A DNA stretch of 64,000 nucleotides from contig LVLI01000079.1 in NCBI GenBank assembly GCA_001687465.1, forward strand, positions 62,001 to 126,000, written 5' to 3'. The notes below the pieces were generated by a model. The model saw only the letters and a program-made list of their open reading frames with translations, was not told where the DNA came from and did no database searches. Shown in pieces: positions 25,018 through 39,582 of this stretch. A program made the translations under genes and the position numbers. This stretch comes from Halocafeteria seosinensis. Lineage: Eukaryota. The stretch's first letter is position 1. Each line of letters opens with the position of its first letter.

Positions 25018-26189
25018 CTTGCAGAGGCGCTAACTCCTGTAGCAAGAGGGAAGAACAACGAAAAGAGCTTGTCAGGGCTACCAGTAGGGGAGAGGGGGTT
25101 TTCTTTCGCCTCTCCCTATCACGATTCGAGACTTTCTCGAAATTGAATATTTGCAGACCCGAGTCAACAGAGGCCATGCATCCACACCTTTATATAAAAG
25201 AATCTTGTATCAACCCTGTTGACTCAAAAGCGCTACAACGCACCCTCCTGTGTCTCCTCCCTCACAGCGGGGAAGCGCCAGCAAGACGGAGCCGCAATTC
25301 AGCCGGCACGGCACCCCCGGAGAAAGCCGTCGGCAACAGAGAAACGCCGACTAAATTCCAAATTCTTGCAGAAGTCTTTTTCTCTGAAGATATGTATACA
25401 TACGACATGTATCTGTGCATTTTCTCTTCTGGTCGTGTGTAAGTAAAACTGAAAGCCAATGTGACTCGACACACCCGGCCAAGTTTATGTGCCGGCAAAT
25501 GCGACCCAGGCTGCCTTGCCGCTGGTGACAAACTTCACATGTACTGTAGTCGGGAGGAGAAAGTTTCTCCGAGAAACACCACAGCATTTTCTCCATCGAG
25601 CTATAGAGTAGCCTCATCATGAGCGATGGAAAGCTCATGACGTCTACAGACAGCCACCCTTATCAAGTATACAACGCCTCGCCGAGAAGGCAGCCGGTGA
25701 AAGCGGTAAACTGAACTTCCTACCGAGATTCGATCGTAAAGCTCAACGTACACAATGTTGTAGTAAGCAGTTGAACACCTTCATGTGAACATTTAATTTT
25801 TCGTGGTAACTATGTCGTTTGAAACCAAAGAAGAAGCCGGCATTTATTGTACTGCACATTTCGCTCTCCCTCAGAGTTCGCAACAGCGAACACTCGCAGA
25901 ATGCCGAGGTACACGGTCTGTGGATCATGGGCCTATCCTCTACCCAAAGACCAACGAATGTATGTCAAAAACCCATCAGGTAAGCATGCGCTTACTGTTT
26001 CCAGTGAATACGCTCTTCACTCATCGCCAAACAATACTCAAGACGTTTCCTTCGATGACAGTTCAAGGTAAGTTTTCTTCGGTAGTACAGATATATTAGA
26101 CAGTTAAACCTACATGAAAGCTCTCTAGAGCGTAAACTGGATGGCAAGACACTCCAGCAATGCTCGACTGTTTGACCCTCTTAATTGCG

Positions 26190-29100
26190 TCATATTATGT
26201 CGTCCAGTTCCGAGTCTTTTTCCTTCCTTTCGCCACTCCTATTGGCATTCTCCGAAGGTGGAGATGGCGACTGTGATTCTGCGGAACTGTCCGTGACGAT
26301 TTTGAACCAATTTCCGGTAGAAGGCCTTAACTCTTTTGACGGATTGGTCTTCTTGAAAGTAAAATCGTCCAATTCTCTTCCCCGGTAAGGCTTCTTCTTA
26401 AGGATTCCGCAGGTCAGTATGTGTCGCCGATCGGTGTAAATCAGTCCCGAGCAATAGTTGTGCATTAGCCATAGTAAGATAACAACGGCATACTTCCCAC
26501 ATACAACGCCTGTTACGCCCAGTCGATGTACACACTATCTAGGACAGCATTATTAGAGCTTTAAGAGAACTCCACGTACCTATGGCTCCAAAGTATAAGC
26601 GATCATCAATGGACACTCCTTCAAAGACTCGTAGCAGGGCTAAAATGCTTGAGTCGTAGACAATTTGCACAGAAATGTAAAACCACACATTCAACCTCTG
26701 AACATTCTTCACCCAATCGTATCTGCAGGAGGATTCTCGATCTCAGAATTATTAAAATCCCTGATCGTTGAGTGCGTTCTTACGTGATTCTCTCCGTGCC
26801 CGGACTGATGAAAACAGAGGAAAATACTTCGCCAAACTGAGACACATTCCCTTTCCCTGAAACCATCAAAGAATGAACGGAAAATATCGACTATGATGAA
26901 TCTACCTGATGGTCGCCGACAGCTTACAGTAGATCTGCACCGCATAAATCCAAAGGATATTGCGCTACTTGATAATGACTATCCCCACGAAGCTAACTTA
27001 CAATTATCAGCACCAGCTTACTGCCCAGGACCATGGCGACAGTGATAGGCGGTGGAAATGGAAAGAAATTCAAAGCAAGCGAAACCGTAGCTATGTTGGA
27101 AAGGACTTCCAATGTGCGGAAGGCCGCAAAAAGAAATATCGAATAAGACAACGTGCTGACCCATGTCTTCTCCACAGAATTGCTCCACTGTAGCCGCACC
27201 TCATTACGCTTGTAGGAGCTAGCGTCAACGTAATTTCTTGAATGGCCTGCTTACCGCAGTGATCTTCTGTCTATCACTCTGAGTAGCTGCCCCGATTACT
27301 GAAGCGAAAGACAAAGCAATAGAGAGAACTAGAGCCACGGTAATTCCGCTCCGCAGTACAATAAATGTTTGGAAAAGTATTTGAGGAGATGCTTCCAACA
27401 AAGCTTGTAATAGTTTCAGTCTTTGAATTGCCTGTATCAAATTTCTTGTGTCAAGAAAACGGTATCCGGTTGGATAATTGTACACTTACAGCCAAGCCTT
27501 GCATCGGTTGCGAATTCATCAAAACGATAGTAGAGTTAGGTTTCTTTCCCTTAAAAACAAAATAGTAAGCATCCAGCAAGAGCGAAAATCCAAAAATGTG
27601 TAGAAATGCTGCGAAGCGCCTGCCATCTCCTAGCAAAGAGTAGCAAGTGTAAAGAATTGCCCATAACAGTCCTGCATAGAAACGTACACCGAATATAGGA
27701 ACTGTTCTACCAAATACCATGGAACAGGACAAACCTCCGAGCGCAATCCAAAACGCGGACCAGTCTTTCGCTAGTCCAAGTTGAGCCAATACCTGGAAGG
27801 AAAGCCTACCACGATACAAATCGACCTATAGTGAGGTAAGCTCAAACAGACTTACTGCAATATCCAAACTGAAATCAACAAGATTCATCAACGACATAGC
27901 TGTAGCCATCAGTTTTTGAACTGGACTTGTATGCATCGTGTACGTCCCTGCAGGACACCAAGAGGTAAGTATAGATAAAAGACTCTATGTTCCCGCATGA
28001 CCAACCTGTCAGTTTCAATCGGGTGGTCTTGGAAGAATAGGACACGTTTGGACCTTCTTCCTTATTTATCAGAGTAGAGGGAGGAGGCATTGGAAATTCC
28101 AGAAAATCTCCATGCGTGTACTCTACTTTTCCGGTTTGTATCTGTCCGTTTCTATTATTATATAATGTCACGCTTCGGCCATCAACAAGCACAAATTTTT
28201 CCTTCGCCGAATGAGGAAAAACCTGGCCATGCGGGCGGTTCATCAGGTGGACGAGTAAAGCAAGCTGCCCCATGTTTTCATCCGAATTAGCAACTCCCCG
28301 GTAAGAAACACCCTTCAATGAAACGTCGTGTGACATGACTCGGAGAGCAGCTACTTCCCTCATGGATCTTGCTGCAATTGCAAATGAGAACAGCATTGAA
28401 CTCCCGTGACGTCGTCTTCTACTCTATTACATACCATCTGCTCCTGAATTCGTTAAGTCAATCGTTCTTCTCGTGTTCTTCGTTGCAACGCAGAATTCGG
28501 CGATTGTTAAAAATACACGGTTGGTGAATTTACAACCTGAACAACCTCCCAATTGTATGAGAAACACCGGCCTTTTGTCGGCTCTTGATAATCCCAACTT
28601 ACCTCGGAGCCCTAAATACCGAAGACTCTCGTTGAATTTTAAAGAATCGAAGAACGGAGCTATTGAAAATCTGGAACAATCGAGTGGAACTCTTACACCA
28701 TGAAGTTCGCTATGGGTGTTGACTCTAAAATGCCTTACTTTATAAGAGGCTTATTCATACTCAAATCCAAGACTCGAAGTCTACTGTTTTGCTTAAGTGC
28801 CCTTCCTAAAATGTCACTCATGCGCAGCCTGCAAAGCAGTAGATGTCTGTGAACTCGACAGAACTTAAAGTGATACAAAGCACAATCGCTAGCTCACATT
28901 TGCTTTGCTTCAGAGTCATAGAATTTCTCCTTGCCAAAAGCAAAGTCGTTATAACCGATGTACAGTTCTTCAACTACAGAGGAAGCCAGACCATTTGCTA
29001 GATTAATCATTCTGGTGAGGCATTGCACAATTGCACAATCGCGCATGAGTTAATGTAGAAGTGCGGTATTATTCTCTCATTCGAAACTTACCCGGTATCG

Positions 29101-29775
29101 GTAAATCCGTTCTCCTCCAACGTTATCCTCGATACTTTTTTGTTTTCTGCCATGAACCCTTGAATATGCTCCGTCCCACCATTCCCCAAAGGATTTCCGG
29201 AGATTGTTACGTCAGTGATGGTCTTATTCCTTTTCAGTGAATTCGTCAGCAGAGCTAAGCTATTGTCATTCAGGTTAGCGTTCTGTAGCCAAAGGTCAGC
29301 CCTTATAAAAACCACTATGTACAACGCAGCACGAACTCAGTAACTACCATACTTTGAGCACGAGCGTATGTATGGTAGTGTTGAACGAAATCGCCGCTGC
29401 CAGTACTTTCAGTACCCATTCATCAACTAGATCAACACCATTCACTTCCAAGAATCTGGATACCAACAAGACAACAATTGTACTTGTACACTACGGCTCC
29501 GCGCTTGCACTCAGCGGAAGTCATGAGACTTACTCGACAGAAATATTAACTTGCAGTAGTACGAAGAGTGCTCCCAGCAGTTTGAGATCCGCAGCACTTT
29601 CGTCTTTTAAACCTCCCCTTTCATCTATCACAACCGACCTACTCGTATCGGCTATTATCCCGGCGAGGACGTCCCCAAAGTGACCGGAGGCGGCAGTTGC
29701 TAATTCCCTCGCGAGATTGATGTCACGAGGGGCTAAACTGGAGCGTGACTGTCGACTTCCTCGCTTCTGTGACAT
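26190..29775 (-). CDS. RNI-like LRR + XK-related membrane domain protein, copy B (tandem paralogue)
   Basis: Collinear similarity to copy A: LLGALFVLLQVN, NPLGNGG..LEENGFTDTG, LVHLMN..VFPHSAKEKFVLVDGR, LKLLQALLEASPQILFQ, FAAFRTLEVLSNIAT, DRRHILTCG. Confidence 0.75.
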
Positions 29776-30619
29776 TGTATCCCTGCAAACCCAAGCGGCA
29801 ACAACAGAAGAAAAAGTGTCGGCCAGGTTGGCGGCACTCGCCCCACTCAGGACGCCTGTCGCAAACCGATCCCCCTTTTTTTTGGCTTGAATGCTTTCTC
29901 AAGAGTCACACGGCACACTCTAAACGATGCCAAGGGAAGCTTGTAGTGGTATCGTCCGTGCCTGTCTGTTCAACACTCTATCGAGTGATTCACACCCCTG
30001 CTTCCTCCCTTCAAGTTGCAAGGCTCAGTCGCGCCGTTAGCAAGATGACTTACGTTGTCGCTAACTCTGTCGCAAACAGACGCAAATACCAGCTTGCCGT
30101 GCGGTACTTGATGATTTGAGCCGTATCAGTGCATTAGACAAAAAAAAACAATAAGAGACACCGAAGACTAATAAGTTGCTCGAGGCCTGTGAGGCTCCAG
30201 ATATCCGAGCTACCCAGCAGTCGCCCTGCGACCTGGTGTTCCAACGGTTCGAACCATGAGCCTGTCGACTCAGTGTCCAGTCGGTGTCGGTTGGTTGGTA
30301 AGAAAATTGAATGCCACTGGCTCGCAGCTGCGACGGTACGCATGAATGGAACCACGTCGGGATGCAATGTACATTATTAATGTATGAAGGTGGAACACTA
30401 CCCACGATTTTTTGAATGAAGCTACGTCGCGGGAACGCAAGTTAGCCTCGTGCAACAGGCGGAGGGATAGTCTCAAACCTTTTGGATAAATTCGTCGCAT
30501 TGCGTTCTTTCTAAGTCCAACAAATCAGAACTCCTTATGTCACAACACCGAAGCATCCCAGGCCAATGCATCATCGCTGGCGCAGAGTTTCCGCCGCAAA
30601 AAGAACTTGGGAAGTGTCG

Positions 30620-31474
30620 TCATACTGGCAACTTTGACAGACGCATAATAACAATCATCATTTCAACAAACAGTGATATGACCAAAAACGTAACGGCTAA
30701 AATAAGACGTTGCTCTTCACTGTATTGAAGGAACATACCCAAATAGTACCCGGCTCCTGCTGCGGCAAACATTCCAAAGAATAAGCTGCTTCCTATCGAT
30801 AGCTGCTGCTGCATGCCGGCGAAACTGTCTCTTTCTTTTGCTCTTTCTTCATCCTTTCGAAGGTTTTCCACCATTTTGTCGTACACTCGCGCCTCTTCCT
30901 GTGCTCTTAGGCGTTGGATCCGCTTTCCGTAACTTGCATCCTGAGGCGACGCTGGTTCTGCGGTCTCCGGCTCTCGAGAAGTAGGTTTGACCACCTGGTT
31001 CCTGAATGAGTCAAAACCTTCGCACTTAACATATTTCGTGCATTTCCATACAAATGAGTCCATCTTCTTGTGTAGGTCAGGGAAGTCCCGGCAATACTTG
31101 AGGAGCTGCTTCACCGAGCTTACCGACATGGCCATGAATTCCTGTTGCTGCAAAGGCGGGCACCAGCACACCATGTACGAATGAAAGCATATCTACCGTC
31201 ATACAAGCACAACAGGGAGCGTCTTCTTTCGCACACTTACCCTGTCTGCATGCTTGCTGCCATATGGCGTTCTCGAGACTCCTTGTTCATTGTCCACCAC
31301 TGCTTCCAATAACTCATGCACTACAGCATTTCGCTCATCATACGCTTTCTGTGTAATTGTGCGAAGGTGATCCACAAAGTCATTCGTGGTCCCTGTTTCA
31401 TGCTGCTTTTGGTGTTGAATGGCTTGTCGTAAGCGCTGGAGATCTACCTGGAGGAGCAGATTTCCACTTTTCAT
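30620..31474 (-). CDS. VMA12: ER V-ATPase assembly factor, Vma12/TMEM199-like
   Basis: KRIQRLRAQEEARVYDKMV followed by two C-terminal TM helices ending in LFVEM; upstream exon approximate. Confidence 0.75.
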
Positions 31475-31572
31475 GATATTGTCACATACATAGACGCCCC
31501 TTCTGTATATATCACACACATTGAGCGAATATATAGCGCGGGGACTAGACAATCATTGTGCATATCGAAAGA

Positions 31573-33270
31573 ATGATCCGATTCGATGGAAGAGTGGCTT
31601 TGATCACGGGCGCAGGAGGCGGTCTCGGACGCGCTTACGCCATTTTACTAGCAGAGCGAGGGGCCAAAGTCGTGGTCAATGACCTGGGAGGGACAGTCAC
31701 AGGGGAAGGAGCGAGCGCTAAAGCTGCTGATCAAGTTGTGGAGGAGATTCGCTCCAAAGGAGGTCAGGCTGTGGCCGATTATCATTCAGTGGAAGATGGA
31801 GAAGCTATTGTAAACACCGCCTTGAAAGAGTTCGGACGCATTGATATCCTCATCAATAATGCTGGTATCCTGCGTGATACGTCGTTCCAGAAAATGACGC
31901 AGCACGATTGGTACGTGATTTCCAGATTGATTCCTGGCAGGATATGGTGTATCATCTTCGAATCTTCGATGCGATTGCAGGGACAAAGTGTACACTGTGC
32001 ACCTCTTGGGGACATTTCGAGTGACTAGAGCAGCATGGAATCACATGAGAGATCAGCAGTATGTCGCTAGATTGCGTCGTTCTGCCGAAAAAGCACCATT
32101 GCCCAACAACTGGTATTTCCGCAGATATGGCCGAATTATCATGACGAGTAGCGCCGCCGGTATCTATGGAAATTTTGGCCAAGTAAGTTGTATTGTCAAT
32201 CTCTGCCAGATACTTTTGTTGTCTTTGACTTCCCGTTGTATATTTTTCCCAGGCTAACTATGGCAGTATGAAAATGGCGGTTGTTGGGCTAGCAAATGTG
32301 TTGTCTATCGAGGGACGAAAACGGAACGTGTTCGTAAACACCATTGCACCAGTTGCAGGGTCGCGTCTTACAGCAACGGTTCTTCCCAGCAATATGCTTC
32401 AATCATTGCGTCCTGAATATGTAGCTCCACTGGTGGGGTATCTATGCTCAGAGAGCTGCAATGAAACGGGCTCGTTATTCGAACTGGGTGCGGGTTGGAT
32501 AGGTAAGTTACGATGGGAACGATCTCACGGAAAGTTTTTCAGGGTAACGCAGCCTCAGCAAACTGAACCACGAGACGATGAAGAAGCCGTCGGTGCAGAC
32601 GAGCAACTCCATCAAGATCCTGAAAGAGAGGAAAGTATACGGAAGCAATTTACTCCCGAGCAAGTGCGAGATAATTGGCAAGATATAGTTGACTTTAGCT
32701 CCGAAAGTAGTCATCCTAGTAGCAATCAAGAAGCATTTGCTGTTATTATGGAACATTTAAGGAAGCAGGAAGAAGAACAACAGCAGGAGGCAGGATCAGG
32801 TCCCCAGTCTTCATCATCCAGAAGCTCTAGTACGTGGCCATCTGATGGCATATTTGAACAGATTAGGAACGCAATGAAGTCTGATGGAGGAAAGTTAGTA
32901 AAGGAGGTTAAATCCGTAATTCAGTTTGATGTTTGCAAGGCCGACAACACGAAGAAATGGCTGGTGGACCTGTCTTCCGGCCAGGGTTCGGTCAAAGAGC
33001 TTAGCCTAGCAGACAAGGTCTCGCCGAAGTTGATCATCAGAGTTAACGATGAGGACCTAATCGCAATGTCAAGAGGCTCTTTGAATCCTCAGCAGGTAGG
33101 TGGTGTACAAGTAAAAGAACGATCCCGGTTTACCGATCTACTATGAGCGTCTATTCTATGATCAGGCGTTCATGCGAGGCAAGCTGAAAATGAAAGGAGA
33201 TATGAGCATTGCAATGAAAGTAGGGAATGTACTGAACACCGCACGACAGAGCGCACAAGCGAGACTGTAG
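31573..33270 (+). CDS. Peroxisomal (3R)-hydroxyacyl-CoA dehydrogenase (MFE-2/HSD17B4 type) fused to SCP2, with no hydratase domain
   Basis: [43 protein letters not shown]2 segment [19 protein letters not shown]-terminal PTS1 -ARL*. Confidence 0.92.
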
Positions 33271-33278
33271 TTGTTTCT

Positions 33279-35400
<2,122 letters not shown>

Positions 35401-35828
35401 GGTTCCCCCCACGTCTAGTTCAGTGAAAACAAAGAAAGTTAAAGATTCAGATGATCCTTCTTATACTCTAGATAGATATATCTCTGACGTATACACACGC
35501 GTCTCAATACTCGTGGAATAGACGATAGTATGCAGTGGATATCCTATCGTATCTGGGAGTCAGGAGTCTCCATTCCTATACAAGGCAGTCACTATTAGTG
35601 TACTTAGATGAAGGAGAGCCTTATGAGAATGCAAATCAGAGGCGTCGTACAGTTATGCAAGATGCTATGGTTAACTAACGCCAGAGGAAAGGGAGGGCTA
35701 GAACGGAAGGACTCCACAGTACCACTCTTGCGTCTGACAGCTGAGCTTTCCGTGCCTATTTGTCCCCCTTTGGTTTGTGCAAGAGCCATTGGATATGATG
35801 AATTGGATACGTTAGTCTAAGTGACCAT

Positions 35829-36218
35829 TCATTGACTTGTGTAAGTGCATGAATCAATGGCAAAATTGTCCACCCTTGGCCAAGGTAGACTTTCACGTTG
35901 ATGTTCTCCTTTGAATTCGTTTGCCATAGTCCCATTCATGATCCCTAAATACGGTGTTTTATGAGTGAAATTCCATCGACACTCCCATTGCTGTCGCCCC
36001 ATCGTCAAATAAACCCAGCCAAATAGACCAAACAGTATAAGAAAGCTTGCGGAAAAGAGCATTCCTCTCTGGACAAGGAGCTTTGAATCCTTGTTTACGT
36101 GCATTAAAGGGGATTGTGGTACGAATATCATTTTTACATAGGTAGATATACGACGTATGCTCGTATATATGTGGAAGTTGGAAGAAAAGTCACCCAGTGT
36201 AGAGGCATGAGAAGGCAT
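35829..36218 (-). CDS. Hypothetical small membrane protein (start uncertain)
   Basis: 129-aa ORF with one TM segment (GMLFSASFLILFGLFGWVYL). Confidence 0.35.
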   Translation of the reverse strand: MPSHASTLGDFSSNFHIYTSIRRISTYVKMIFVPQSPLMHVNKDSKLLVQRGMLFSASFLILFGLFGWVYLTMGRQQWECRWNFTHKTPYLGIMNGTMANEFKGEHQRESLPWPRVDNFAIDSCTYTSQ

Positions 36219-36551
36219 TAACTTCTTCGTGTCAGGAACTCCACGAAGAAAAGCAGCCCAAGCACTGTCGTGTTCTTTTTGCTTACACAGAGGCCATTTC
36301 GAGGGTAAGAGACTATTTCTCTAGTGTCTCTGTATGTCTACGGAGAACATCGATTGCTTAGTGACGAGCGGCTAGTGTCAAAATGGGACAAAAAGGGTGG
36401 AAAATAACACGCGCTCTGAAGTCTTTCTGAGGCATTTTGACCATTTATAGTGATGTTGTCTCTTCTCATGTTGCGCAGACGTGGGGAATTGCAGTCAATA
36501 GACGAGTAAATCGAACGGTGAGAGTCACTGGCGCTATCTGTTCGAAGAGAG

Positions 36552-39302
36552 ATGCTCCGTAATCCGTGTTGTAGGAGGCTTGCTCTCCGAAATTGCTACA
36601 TTACTGGAAATGGGAGGGGAATACAGAAACCATGCAACGTATATGAAGATTTTCAAAGAGTATGGTTTGCTTATGAAAAGAGTATGATTGCCGTTTCCTC
36701 TCTTAGAACCTAGTATTGGATGACTGCTGCAGTTCCGTGCACCTGGCGTGTATCCATATCCCCCTCCTTTCCTTAGAGGCATCCATAGCTCATTGGTCTC
36801 GCTGGACAGCTCTGGTAAAGGATCGACGACCAAGTCTTCTCAAAGCTCTGGAGCAGAAAAAACCAACGCGACTAAGGAACAAAAGGACACTTCCGTTAAA
36901 GACCCCAATGCCAGTAAAACCCACGGGCCCAAAGTGCTACCCCGTATCCTCATGCGTTCCGGCACACGTCCTTCGTTACCCAAGCCAATGGATATAGCAG
37001 CGCGAGCGTATGGACTTTCAAAGAAATTAGCGCTGAAGCTAGTAGCAGCAGTGAGAAAAATTGTGATTGGTACTTGGCATGTGTTGAAAATGGCGACAAC
37101 CGATCCGGCGAAATTCAAGTTGTGGTTGAAGGAAATCTGGGGCCACATCAAAGAAGAAATGCATCATTACAAACTGGGATTCAAACTGTTTTGGTCAGAT
37201 TTAAAGACAGCTGCTGGATTATCAAGGAGAGTGCTAGCCGGCAACCAACTGAGCAGGCGTGAACGGAAGCAGCTGGTTAGAACTACGGGCGATATATTCC
37301 GCTTAGTACCCTTCTCATTTTTCCTGATAGTGCCTTTTATGGAGTTTTTTTTACCAGTGGCAATTAAACTGTTTCCCAATATGCTACCATCGCAATTTCA
37401 AACGTCCTTAAAGAAAGAAGAAGACCAGAAAAAGGTTCTACAGTCGCGGATCGAATTGGCTCGCTTTTTACAGGACACTGTAAGTTTTTCGACAGTCAGA
37501 GAAATCATTTTTAATTGATGCAGAATGTTTGGGCGTTCTTGATACACAGGCAACGGAAATGGGGCAGAAGATCGCCAGCAAGTCAGAAGATGACGAACAA
37601 GTTGCTTCTGCAAAGGATCTGCTCAAGATGATTGAGGACGTGCGGAACGGAAGGCAAGTAGATAACAACAAAATTGTGCAATGCGCGAAGTTGTTTAAGG
37701 ATGAAGTGACTCTAGACAATGTATCCCGGGCTCAATTAGTAGCTTTGGCAAAGTATATGGGACTAAATCCTTATGGAACTGATGCACTGCTCCGTTTTCA
37801 GTTGCGGAACAAGATACGAAGTATAAAAGCAGATGACAAGCACATAATCTGGGAAGGCGTTAGCAATTTGTCGAGAGATGAGCTCAAGGCGGCTTGCGAA
37901 GAACGAGGTATGCGAGCGACGGGACTTTCAGAAGAAGACTACCGGAGACAACTGGAACAGTGGCTGGAACTGAGTGTAAACAAGAACATCCCCGCATCTT
38001 TGCTAATATTGAGTAGAGCATTTACGATTACCCAAGAACCATCTGAAGAGGCCTTGCAGGAGTCCATTTCGTCACTGGAGAAGGATGTGCTCAACGAAGC
38101 AGTCCTAGAGTCCGCCAAAGAAAGCGAAACCGAAGACTCCCGAACTCTTCGCCAAATTAGGCTGGATAGTATTGAACATCAAAACGAACTGATTGAAATG
38201 GAAAGGCAAGCATTCGAGGCCGCTGAAGAAGCGAGACGGCTTGCTAAGGATGCGGAGACTCGCCAGCAAGAACTCGCTGAACTACGGGAACGAATCTTCC
38301 GAGGGGAAGCTACGGAACAGGATTTACGTGAATCGGCTCAAGAAGCTGAAAAGGCTGCGCAGGCGGCTGCAGATGCCCAAGCAGCTGCTCAGAAACAGTA
38401 TCTGTTAGTGAGACATGAGCAAGAAGAAGAGGAGCGACCCTCTTCAAAAGAGAGCGGCCTTGCTGAACTGCTGGAGCAAGGACCGATTCTAGACCCTTCA
38501 AGGGCCGCGGAGCTGGGCAAGGAGCACGGTATGTCATCGAATCTGGACAAACCTCCGATATTGTTTGCTCTGCAATTTTGTTTGTTTCGCTCTGCAGGTC
38601 TTACGTCCGATGCTATCAAAGCTTTAGAGGTGTTAGCGTCTGAATCCTCTGTGCTTCGGGAGCGTGCATTGCTGGCACGCGTCAAGGCTACCCGTCTGCA
38701 AATGGACGCCCGAGATATGTTGGCCAGAGGGCGTATCGGTAAGAAAGCCGCAGCTAGCGTGGAAGAGAGTGAATCTGGACAAGAGGAAGCAACAGATACT
38801 GACGTCCCAACTTCGAGGGTCAAAAAGTCTTTGGACAGGATGTTATCCGTGTTGGAAGAAGACTTAGCAAATGTAGACACATCGATTGGAGATAAACTTC
38901 ACGTATTAGACAAGGACAAAGATGGCGTTCTTACTGCTGAAGAGCTACATGTAGGTACAGGATGCTAGGTGTACCATCTTAGATGTAAATTGAATTGTCG
39001 CTTTGGTGTGCGTGCAGGATGCCATAAAATCAATCCTAAGGAACAACGATACAGACGAAGCCGCTGCTGAGGTGGTAAAGATGCTGGATACCGACAAAGA
39101 TGGCTTTATTACGAAAGATGAGATTGTCAAATTTTCGCAAGCTTTGGAGGCAGCAGAGGCCGAAACTAGGTTGAGAGATAAGGAGGAAGATGAACCTCTC
39201 GCTGCTACTCCTTCGCACTCCAGTGAATCAGATTCCGAGTATTCGGACAAAGAGGGCAAGACAACTAAAATGAAATCCCCAGTTTCCACATCACAGCATT
39301 AA
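36552..39302 (+). CDS. LETM1: Mitochondrial LETM1/Mdm38 with C-terminal EF-hands
   Basis: HYKLGFKLFW, LSRRERKQLVRTTGDIFRLVPF, KLFPNMLPS, ACEERGM; EF-hands DKDKDGVLTAEE and DTDKDGFITKDE. Confidence 0.95.
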
Positions 39303-39582
39303 CAAAAAGATTGCATAAACTGTCTTTCGATTACATCATAGGTTGAAGTGGTTGGCCCTATTGATAGAGTACAGTGTTAATACACACTTTGGCGTGTGAA
39401 GTCACCTCGTCATGGAGATTAATTGCTAATGATTCATACTTTGATAGTGTTGTACTGTTAGTCACTCATAGTTTGTCAATAGCATCAGAAATGTATGTCA
39501 ACTGTGCATGCAGTACAACACAATTATATTATCTCTGTAAACGTGTATACGTATTCGGGAAGGTCCCAGGGAGCATCAAATC

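Noticed and set aside
25100..26184. Possible small spliced plus-strand gene between the LRR-XK paralogues
   Set aside because: Splice-like signals exist, but I could not build a consistent model or recognise a product.
29900..30610. Possible small gene with a CDGTH (CDGSH-like) motif
   Set aside because: The upstream Cys pattern is missing and there is no coherent exon chain.
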